A DNA stretch of 64,000 bases from Meiothermus sp. (GTDB lineage Bacteria; Deinococcota; Deinococci; Deinococcales; Thermaceae), in the NCBI GenBank assembly GCA_033762915.1, contig JANRLD010000007.1:1-64000 (forward strand). Reading direction: 5' to 3'. A program made the translations under genes and the position numbers. Shown here in pieces: positions 49,515-57,232 of this stretch. Positions within the stretch are counted from its first letter, which is position 1; each line of letters opens with the position of its first letter. Below the pieces are notes generated by a model, which made no database searches, was not told where the DNA came from, and saw nothing but the letters and a program-made list of their open reading frames with translations.

Positions 49515-52346
49515 TTGACCATCTCCAAGCCAAGCACTTCCGCATCGGGCGCACCGAATTCGCTCGAGGCCCTCTCCGCCCGCGAGGTCTACGCTGCGCT
49601 GAACACCGGCCCGGACGGCCTGGAGCCGCTCGAGGCCGCCGCCCGGCTGGGTCGGTACGGGCGCAACGTGCTGAGTGAAGCTCGAGGGAGGCCGCTTTTG
49701 GTCCGGTTCCTCGGCAACTTCACGCACCTGATGGCCCTGCTGCTGTGGGCGGGCGGGCTGGTGGCTTTCGCGGCGCGTATGCCCCAGCTGGGCGTGGCGG
49801 TTTGGCTGGTCAACCTGATAAATGGGGCGTTTTCCTTCTGGCAGGAGTTCAAGGCCGAGCGGGCCACCGAGGCACTTAAGAAGCTGCTCCCCAGCTACGC
49901 CCGCGTGCTGCGCGGCGGGCAGGAGCAGCGCGTCGCCGCCGATGAGTTGGTGCCCGGGGACGTGATGCTGCTTTCAGAGGGCGATCACATCTCCGCCGAC
50001 GGGAGGCTCTTGGAGAGCGCCGAGCTGCAGGTGGATCAGTCCACCCTCACGGGCGAGTCGCGACCGGTGCGCCGCAGCGCCGAGGCGGTGAAGCCCAACG
50101 GTCTGTCCAGGTCCGAATTGCCCAACCTGGTCTTCGCCGGAACCAGCGTGGTGGCGGGCAGCGGGCGGGCTGTGGTGGTTGCTACCGCAATGGAGACCGA
50201 GTTCGGCAGGATTGCCCGCCTGACCCAGACCTTGGGGGATGAACTCAGCCCGCTACAAAAAGAGATTGCGGTGTTGACCCGGGCGGTCACGCTTATCGCG
50301 GTCGCGGTAGGGGTGCTCTTCTTCGGGCTGGCGGTCTGGATGGCCCACATGCCGCCGGCCGAGGGCTTTATCTTCGGGCTGGGGATGATCGTGGCCTTCG
50401 TGCCCGAGGGGCTGCTCCCCACCGTGACCCTGGCGCTGGCGCTGGGCGTGCAGCGGATGGCCGGCCGGCACGCGCTGATCAAGCGCCTCTCGGCGGTCGA
50501 GACCCTGGGCTGCACCAGCGTGATCTGCACCGACAAGACCGGCACCCTGACCCAAAACGAGATGACCGTGCGGGAGATCTGGGCTGGTGGGGTGCAGTTC
50601 AGCGTCGGTGGGGTAGGGTACGGCCCGGAGGGAGAAATCGCCGAAGCGGTAGGGGCGTTTGCAGGGAAGCGGCACATTGCCTCTCTGCAGGATGCCGTTT
50701 TGCGTGAGTGCCTGACCGCTGCGGCGCTGTGTAACAACGCCCGGCTGTTGCCGCCGGGCGGCGACTCGTCGCGCTGGAGCGTGTTGGGCGACACCACCGA
50801 GGCCGCGCTGCTGGTGGCGGCACGTAAAGGCGGGGTTGACCTCGAGGCCGCCTACGCCCGGTCGCCCCGCCTGCGTGAGCTGCCCTTTGACCCCCGCCGC
50901 AAGCGCATGAGCACGGTTCACCAAGTGGGCGGGGGGCGTACCGCCTACATAAAGGGTGCGCCCAAAGAGGTGCTGGGGCTGTGCTCGCGGCTTCGACTCG
51001 AGGGACACGACCGGCCCATAAGCGACCAGCTGCGCGAGGAGGTCGTGGCGGCCAACGACCAGTACGCCAGGGCCGGTCTGCGGGTGCTGGCCATTGCGCG
51101 GCGTGATTTGCCCCAGAAGTACTCCGGCTTCACCCCCGAGGAACTCGAGCAAGACCTGACCTTTCTGGGGCTCATGGCCATGTTCGACCCTCCCCGGCCC
51201 CAGGTTTCAACGGCCGTAGAACAGTGCCACCGTGCCGGTATCCGCATCGTGATGATCACCGGCGACTACGGCCTCACCGCCGAGAGCATCGCAAGGCGCA
51301 TCGGCATCGTGCGGGGCGAGCGGCCCCGGATTGTGACCGGCCTCGAGCTGGCCCAGATGTCCGAAGTGGAGTTGCGGGCCGCGCTGGGCGAGGAGGTAAT
51401 CTTTGCTCGAGTGGCCCCCGAGGACAAGCTGCGCGTGGTGGCGGCGCTGCAAGACGCGGGCCATGTCGTCGCGGTCACCGGCGACGGAGTCAACGACGCG
51501 CCGGCACTCAAGAAGGCCGACATCGGGGTGGCGATGGGGATCACCGGCACCGACGTGGCCAAGGAGGCCGCCGACATGATCCTCACCGACGACAACTTCG
51601 CCTCTATGGTGGGGGCCGTCGAGGAGGGCCGCACCGTATACGCCAACATCAAAAAGTTCACCACCTACATCTTCACCTCCAACACCCCTGAGGCCGTACC
51701 CTTCATCGTCTACGCCTTCAGCGGGGGGCAAATCCCGCTGGCCTTGAACGTGATGCAGATTCTGGCCGTAGACCTGGGCACCGACCTGGTGCCCGCGCTG
51801 GCGCTGGGAGCCGAGCCGCCCGAGCCGGGCGTGATGGAGCGCCCGCCGCGCAAGCTATCCGAGCATGTCGTTACGCCGGGGCTGCTGGCCAGGGCCTACC
51901 TCTGGCTGGGCCCGATCCAGAGCCTGGCCGCCATGTCCGCCTTTTTCTACTTGTTCTGGACCAGCGGGTACTGGGGCCAGTTCGTGGGCCTGCCCGGCTC
52001 CGGGCCGCTCTACCAGGCCGCGACCGCGATGGCGCTGGGGGCGGTGGTCTTCACCCAGGTCGGCAACCTCTTCGCCCAGCGCACCGAGCGCGGATCGGTC
52101 TTTCGAATCGGGATGCGCACCAACCGCCTGATCTGGGCGGGCATCGCCACCGAGATGCTGGTGCTGGTGCTGATCGTTTACGTCCCCTTCTTCCAAAACG
52201 TCTTCGGCACGGCCACCTTCGGCCTTCAGGGTTGGCTCTTCCTGCTGGCCTGGATGCCTGCCTTGCTGGTGGCGGATGAGCTGCGGAAGTGGGTGGTGCG
52301 AAGGAGAGCGGGCGGGTGGTTGGGGCGGGGGTCAGGGAAGACATAG
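49515..52346 (+). CDS. Cation-transporting P-type ATPase (P2; start approximate)
   Basis: TGES, VPEGL, DKTGTLT, KGAP, MITGD, GDGVNDAPALKKAD. Confidence 0.93.
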   Translation: MTISKPSTSASGAPNSLEALSAREVYAALNTGPDGLEPLEAAARLGRYGRNVLSEARGRPLLVRFLGNFTHLMALLLWAGGLVAFAARMPQLGVAVWLVNLINGAFSFWQEFKAERATEALKKLLPSYARVLRGGQEQRVAADELVPGDVMLLSEGDHISADGRLLESAELQVDQSTLTGESRPVRRSAEAVKPNGLSRSELPNLVFAGTSVVAGSGRAVVVATAMETEFGRIARLTQTLGDELSPLQKEIAVLTRAVTLIAVAVGVLFFGLAVWMAHMPPAEGFIFGLGMIVAFVPEGLLPTVTLALALGVQRMAGRHALIKRLSAVETLGCTSVICTDKTGTLTQNEMTVREIWAGGVQFSVGGVGYGPEGEIAEAVGAFAGKRHIASLQDAVLRECLTAAALCNNARLLPPGGDSSRWSVLGDTTEAALLVAARKGGVDLEAAYARSPRLRELPFDPRRKRMSTVHQVGGGRTAYIKGAPKEVLGLCSRLRLEGHDRPISDQLREEVVAANDQYARAGLRVLAIARRDLPQKYSGFTPEELEQDLTFLGLMAMFDPPRPQVSTAVEQCHRAGIRIVMITGDYGLTAESIARRIGIVRGERPRIVTGLELAQMSEVELRAALGEEVIFARVAPEDKLRVVAALQDAGHVVAVTGDGVNDAPALKKADIGVAMGITGTDVAKEAADMILTDDNFASMVGAVEEGRTVYANIKKFTTYIFTSNTPEAVPFIVYAFSGGQIPLALNVMQILAVDLGTDLVPALALGAEPPEPGVMERPPRKLSEHVVTPGLLARAYLWLGPIQSLAAMSAFFYLFWTSGYWGQFVGLPGSGPLYQAATAMALGAVVFTQVGNLFAQRTERGSVFRIGMRTNRLIWAGIATEMLVLVLIVYVPFFQNVFGTATFGLQGWLFLLAWMPALLVADELRKWVVRRRAGGWLGRGSGKT

Positions 52347-52401
52347 CCCGTGCCGCATGGCTCTCGCCCAATGTCAGCCGCTGCCCGCCCAAAGGAGACC
52401 T

Positions 52402-53055
52402 ATGAACTTCATCATCGTCGGCTGCGGTCGGATGGGCTCAGGGCTGGCCCAGGGCCTCGAGCAGCGTGGACACGGGGTCACGGTAATAGACCGCGACCCG
52501 GCGGCCCTCGAGACCCTCGGCCCCGGCTTCTCGGGGCGGCGGGTGGTGGGGGTTGGGTTTGATCGGGAGGTGCTCGAGCAGGCGGGTATATCCCGTGCCG
52601 ACGGACTGGCTGCCGTCACCAACTCCGACGAGACCAACATCGTCACCGCTCGAGTGGCCCGGGGTATCTTTCGTGTCCCCCGGGTGGTGGCGCGGGTTTA
52701 CGACCCCCGCAAGGCCGAGGTGTACCGCCGGCTGGGCCTCGAGACCATCTCCACCACCGTCTGGGGCGTGGGCCGCATCGCCGAGCTGCTCACCTACACC
52801 AACCTCAACGTCGTCGAGAGCTTGGGCGAGCAGGTGGACCTAATAGAGGCTGAGGTCCCCCCCACGCTGGCGGGCCGCCGGGTGGGCGACCTGACCATTC
52901 CGGGCGAAGTGCTGGTGGTCACCTTGGCTAGGGGCGGCAAGACCGTTCTGCCGCTGGCGGGCTCTGCCCTCGAGGCGGGTGACCGCGTTCGGCTGGCGGT
53001 TTTCACCCCCTCGGCGGATCGGCTCAAGGCGCTTTTGGAAGGGGGCGGGCTGTGA
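52402..53055 (+). CDS. TrkA-family RCK protein
   Basis: IVGCGRMG Rossmann motif plus TrkA-C domain; AAGGAG RBS. Confidence 0.88.
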   Translation: MNFIIVGCGRMGSGLAQGLEQRGHGVTVIDRDPAALETLGPGFSGRRVVGVGFDREVLEQAGISRADGLAAVTNSDETNIVTARVARGIFRVPRVVARVYDPRKAEVYRRLGLETISTTVWGVGRIAELLTYTNLNVVESLGEQVDLIEAEVPPTLAGRRVGDLTIPGEVLVVTLARGGKTVLPLAGSALEAGDRVRLAVFTPSADRLKALLEGGGL

Positions 53056-53717
53056 ATGTGATCGTGGTGGGCGGAGGGAAGATGGGGGCCGACCTGGCGG
53101 GCATCCTCTGCGCCGGGGGGCACCAGGTTCGGGTGCTTGAGCTGCGGGCCGAGCGGCTGGCGGTCTTGCGGCGCGAGCTACCCCCGGAGTCGGTGCTCGG
53201 GGGCAGTGGCACCGACCCCGCACTGCTCGAGGCAGCAGGTGTCCGGCAGGCCGGGGTGGTAGCCGCCGTTACCGGCAGCGACGAGGCCAACCTGGTAGTG
53301 ACCAGTCTGGCCCGGCTCGAGTTCGCGGTGCCGCGCACCATCGCCCGCGTCAACAACCCCAGAAACGCCTGGATGTTCACGCCGCAGATGGGGGTGGACG
53401 TGGCCCTCAACCCCTCCGACCTGATGGCCCACCTCATCGCCGAGGAGATGTCGCTGGGCGAGATGATGACCCTCCTGAAGCTGCGCAGGGGGCAGTTCTC
53501 GCTGGTCGAGGAGAAGCTAGACCCCAGAGCCCCGGCGGTAGGCAAGGCGGTGCGCGAACTCGCCCTGCCCTCGGAATGTAACCTGGTTGCCGTGCTGCGC
53601 GGCAGCCGGCTTTTGCTGCCCAAGCCCGACCTAGTTCTCAGCCCCGAAGACGAGGTTTTGGCTGTCGTGCACAGCGATCACGCGGCGACCCTTGCGGCCT
53701 TGCTGGGGGTCCGGTAA
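53052..53717 (+). CDS. TrkA-family RCK protein
   Basis: VVGGGKMG, AVTGSDEANL, TIARVNNPRN. Confidence 0.88.
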   Translation: MNVIVVGGGKMGADLAGILCAGGHQVRVLELRAERLAVLRRELPPESVLGGSGTDPALLEAAGVRQAGVVAAVTGSDEANLVVTSLARLEFAVPRTIARVNNPRNAWMFTPQMGVDVALNPSDLMAHLIAEEMSLGEMMTLLKLRRGQFSLVEEKLDPRAPAVGKAVRELALPSECNLVAVLRGSRLLLPKPDLVLSPEDEVLAVVHSDHAATLAALLGVR

Positions 53718-53762
53718 TCTGACCGTAACAACCCCGTCCTAGGCTGTAGTCTGGTGGGTGCT

Positions 53763-54209
53763 ATGACAACCCAGGTGGCTCATTGGGAGCACTTCCGCCA
53801 TCCGGCGGGGGTAGGGGTGCGGGGGGTAGGGGAGAGTCTGGATCAGGCCTTCGAGCAGGCGGGCTTGGCGCTTACGGCGGTCGTCGCCGACCCGGCCAAG
53901 GTCCGCCCGGCCCAGCCGGTGGTGATCGAGTGCGAGGCCTCGAGGGCCTCCCTGCTGCTGCTGGACTGGCTCGAGGCGCTGATTCGCGAGATGAACACCC
54001 GCCGGATGCGCTTCAGCCGCTTCGAGCTGCACCTTGGCCCGCCCGACCTCGGGGGCGGTCTAGGCCTCTACGCGCTGGCCTGGGGCGAGGCCCAAGACTC
54101 CGACCCGCACCCGCCCCCGGCGGATTTGAAGGGCCCCACCTACGAGGAACTCGAGGTCACCCAAGACGAGCACGACCGTTGGATCGCGCAGTGCGTGGTA
54201 GAGGTTTGA
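53763..54209 (+). CDS. Archease family protein, with degenerate-looking conserved motifs
   Basis: WEHF.H.A.VGVRG, AFEQAGLA, LLLDWL..LI, KG.TY.EL, WIAQCVV.V. Confidence 0.75.
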   Translation: MTTQVAHWEHFRHPAGVGVRGVGESLDQAFEQAGLALTAVVADPAKVRPAQPVVIECEASRASLLLLDWLEALIREMNTRRMRFSRFELHLGPPDLGGGLGLYALAWGEAQDSDPHPPPADLKGPTYEELEVTQDEHDRWIAQCVVEV

Positions 54210-54463
54210 GAGCGGTTCCCACGAACACTCGGTACGGCGGTTTTTGCCGTACCGAGTGCACTATTCCGCTGATTCTGTTGGCGAAGTCGGGGTGCAACTC
54301 GAGAAGTCGTGTTTTCATCGGTATCTCAATCCTCGCTTTATCGCCCAGATTTGGAGTTCGCCAACAGAAACTCCGCTTTTTACACGCTTTAGCGCCTGCT
54401 TTAGCGCCCGCTTTAGCGCCCGCTTTAGCGCAGCACCGTGGGCGGAGTATGGGTGGGAAACGC
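54209..54463 (+). mobile_element. Family B non-autonomous (MITE/REP-like) element with imperfect terminal inverted repeats and a nested insertion
   Basis: Ends GCGGTTCCCAC / GTGGGAAACGC (10 of 11 complementary); hairpin at 54227-54257; four GCTTTAGCGC units. Confidence 0.65.
54271..54371. mobile_element. 101-bp mini-element with a 13-bp perfect inverted repeat, flanked by TCCGCT direct repeats
   Basis: TTCTGTTGGCGAA (54273-85) / TTCGCCAACAGAA (54357-69); absent from the 37331 copy, which has a single TCCGCT. Confidence 0.7.
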
Positions 54464-54586
54464 GATAGGGAGTACATGACCTGCCACCACGAGAGAGGTA
54501 ATGGTGGGAACCGCGATGAGATCAGTGGCCGCAAGACCGTAAGCGCTGCAAGACTTTTACACAACTTTTTGATATGCTTACATCGC

Positions 54587-54800
54587 CCCACACTTCGAGC
54601 TACCCTGCTCAAGGTTCCCATTGGAACACCTCGAAGTTGGGATTTCTCTTTAAAAAGCGGTTCGGACGTGTTCGAATGGTTCCACCCACCGTAAACGCTT
54701 CCATAACTTTTTCAAAACTCTCTGCTACCGTCTAAAGTGCCCGATCTCGAGCCACCCTGCTCATAAGGTTCCCATTGGAACCCCTCGAGGTTGGGCTTTT
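54587..54800. repeat. Two tandem ~55-bp structured motifs (period ~152 bp)
   Basis: TCGAGC.ACCCTGCTC..AAGGTTCCCATTGGAAC.CCTCGA.GTTGGG at about 54595 and 54747. Confidence 0.75.
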
Positions 54801-54822
54801 GCTTTTCCCTTACAATCTGGGG

Positions 54823-55146
54823 GTGCGCCCCACTTGGTCTTCGACCCTCTGGCTGGAGCTGTTGGGCGGTTTGCTGATTGTGCTGGGGGCGTTGCTGGCC
54901 CTGGCAGCCTGGTACGTCGCGGCCAACCCGCCCGACCCCGGCCTGGGAAAGGCTTTGCTCAAGGTTGGGGTCAACCTCAGCGCAATCGGGCAGGGCATCG
55001 CAGCGCGGGTCTCGACCCTGGCGGCGGGCATGGCCGTGGTGGGGGCGATTTTGTTTTTCGGGGCGGCCTATTTAGTGCAGGCTTTTCGGCTGGTGCTAGC
55101 AGTGCTGGTCGTAGCAACGCTGGGGGTTTGGTTCTGGCTGCTGTAG
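54823..55146 (+). CDS. Small hydrophobic membrane protein
   Basis: About three TM segments; TACAAT (54811-16) 6 nt before the GTG. Confidence 0.55.
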   Translation: MRPTWSSTLWLELLGGLLIVLGALLALAAWYVAANPPDPGLGKALLKVGVNLSAIGQGIAARVSTLAAGMAVVGAILFFGAAYLVQAFRLVLAVLVVATLGVWFWLL

Positions 55147-55437
55147 GGAGGTCTCCAGCCACCCCACCTCGCCTCGTCGGTCAACCCCCTGACACCGGAC
55201 CCCCACCCCTGTTTGGGGGTTGTTGCTTTATTGGAAGTGATTCCAAAAACCACAACTAAACATTCTGAAGCACAAAAGCGGCCAGATTCGGCTCGAGCCG
55301 CCGAGTTGGCGTTACATGAGAACGCCGGTGAACTTACATTTACGGTCATTATGCCGCTGCCTTTAGATGCCGATTCCCCTACAGTTGGGGTACTGGGTGT
55401 TTGTCGGCCCTCCAGCGCCAGACCTGCGGAGAACTCC

Positions 55438-55887
55438 ATGCCAAGACCCCGTGCCCAAGGTTTTTCCTTAGTCGAGATCCTAATCGTCCTGGCCTTACTC
55501 GGCATTATCGGGGGGATCGGTGCGATGGGCTATGGCCAGATCCGAGCGGGCCAGACCGCACGCGCGGGCATCACCACCCTTAGCCAGATCATGGCCAAGG
55601 CCGCCACCATGGCCTCGAGCCGGGGCGTGCCGCTGAGCCTGGTCAAAAAAGGGAATGTCCTCGAGGTCAGAACCCGGGACGCGACACCACAAGTGCTGTT
55701 GCGCGAAACCCTCCCCGCCGACCTCGCCAGCCAGTTGCCCAGTGCCGACCCCTGGGTCACCTTTAGCTCGGTGGGCCGGGTCGTCGTACCCAACGCCAGC
55801 CACAACCCCTTCTCGGTCGCCTCGAGGGGCACGACCTACACCCTGACCGTCTCGCTGATCGGCGAGGTGAAGGTGGTGGGCCGGTGA
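55438..55887 (+). CDS. Type IV minor pilin / pseudopilin (FimT/GspH-like)
   Basis: Prepilin motif QG-FSLVEILIVL. Confidence 0.85.
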   Translation: MPRPRAQGFSLVEILIVLALLGIIGGIGAMGYGQIRAGQTARAGITTLSQIMAKAATMASSRGVPLSLVKKGNVLEVRTRDATPQVLLRETLPADLASQLPSADPWVTFSSVGRVVVPNASHNPFSVASRGTTYTLTVSLIGEVKVVGR

Positions 55888-56357
55888 GGACTCGAGGGTT
55901 CAGCCTAATGGAGCTGCTGATTGCTATTGCGATTATCGCCATTGCGCTAACCGCCTTCACTTCGGCGGCAGTCTCCAACATGCAGTACAACACCGACACC
56001 GGACGCCGCACCCAGGCCGCGCAGATTCTCAACTACGTGGGGCAGAAGGTGGTGGTGGGCGACTCGAGGCTGCTTCCCGGCTCCGGCACCACCCTCAAGA
56101 AGTGGGAGTACGGAAAGTTGGCCGGTGGCCTTACCGACCTCAAGAGAACCACCGGCTTTGGCAACCTCGACATTTACCAACTGGTGGTGGAGCGCACAGG
56201 GGTCTGGAGCGATGCCAGCGGGAGCGTGACCCTGCAGAAGTACGAGATTCGGGTCTGCTGGCGGGGTAAGGGCGGCGAGCAGTGCGCAAAGGCCACGACC
56301 CTGGGGCCGCAAGCCCTGGCAGTCGGGGTGTCGCCCCCGCTGCCGGGCATCAACTAA
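55884..56357 (+). CDS. Type IV minor pilin (PilV-like)
   Basis: RG-FSLMELLIAI; overlapping start and stop. Confidence 0.85.
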   Translation: MRTRGFSLMELLIAIAIIAIALTAFTSAAVSNMQYNTDTGRRTQAAQILNYVGQKVVVGDSRLLPGSGTTLKKWEYGKLAGGLTDLKRTTGFGNLDIYQLVVERTGVWSDASGSVTLQKYEIRVCWRGKGGEQCAKATTLGPQALAVGVSPPLPGIN

Positions 56358-56371
56358 CTAAAGAGGCGTGC

Positions 56372-57232
56372 ATGGGTCTGAGAAAGGGTTTTACTATCGT
56401 CGAACTGGTGATCGGGCTGGCCATCCTGGGCATCGTGCTGGTGGTGGCGGTGCAGGCCCTGGCCCAGTTCCTGCGGATTCAGACCGACCAGGAGGCCTTC
56501 ACCAGCGCGCAGACCAAGCTGAGGCGGGTGGGCGAGGTCATTGCCCAGGACGTGCGGGGCTCGATCTTCGGGGGGGTGGTCAACGTCCCCAGAGTGTCGG
56601 ACTCGAGCGGCTTCTCGGTGGCCCTGATCGCGGGCGGGGTGGGCTACCAGGTGCTGCCCTACGCAACCACCAGCGCGACCAGCATCCAGGCCATCGGTTC
56701 GCCGATGTTCGGTGGCACCGACCGGGCCTTTCTGTATGCCGGGGGGCAGGGGGTGGTGCTGCCGCTCTCGAGCGCCCCTTCGGTCTCGGGCAACACCTTC
56801 ACCCTTAGCTTTTCCAGCTGCGGGGCCACGGTGCCCTTCGCGGGCAGCAGTGCCGCCGCCGGATCCAGCAACTCCACCCTGGTCTTCCCGGTGCGGGCCG
56901 CCGCCTACTGGCTGGACAGTTCCAGCCAGACCTTGCGTTACCAGGAGAACGGCCAGGCCGCCCAAGATCTGGCCTACAACATCACCCAGTTCGAGGTCGA
57001 GTACATCTACAGCGACGGTGCGGGCAATTTTGCCACCAACCCCGGGGGCTACAACGCCGGGGGTTCGGTGCGGATGTCGCTGGCCTCCGGCTGGACGCTC
57101 TCCGGTCTGCGCGTCACCCTCTCGGCCAGGGAGCGCTCCTTCGGGGGCTTTAAGACCCGCACCTACTCCAACGAAATCTCCCTCGCTAGCAACGGCGTGC
57201 TCGAGCTGAACCAGGTGGTGAGTTGCAGATGA
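56372..57232 (+). CDS. Type IV minor pilin (PilW-like)
   Basis: KG-FTIVELVIGL. Confidence 0.85.
   Translation: MGLRKGFTIVELVIGLAILGIVLVVAVQALAQFLRIQTDQEAFTSAQTKLRRVGEVIAQDVRGSIFGGVVNVPRVSDSSGFSVALIAGGVGYQVLPYATTSATSIQAIGSPMFGGTDRAFLYAGGQGVVLPLSSAPSVSGNTFTLSFSSCGATVPFAGSSAAAGSSNSTLVFPVRAAAYWLDSSSQTLRYQENGQAAQDLAYNITQFEVEYIYSDGAGNFATNPGGYNAGGSVRMSLASGWTLSGLRVTLSARERSFGGFKTRTYSNEISLASNGVLELNQVVSCR

Noticed and set aside
54385..54433. Tandem GCTTTAGCGC units and the AGAGCGGTTCCCAC repeats as a CRISPR array
   Set aside because: The units are 12-bp contiguous repeats without unique spacers, the longer repeats are tens of kb apart, and no cas genes are present
54725..54750. Minus-strand ATCGGGCACTT as part of a c-di-GMP-II riboswitch
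   Set aside because: The downstream conserved AGTGCAACCG-type segment is absent
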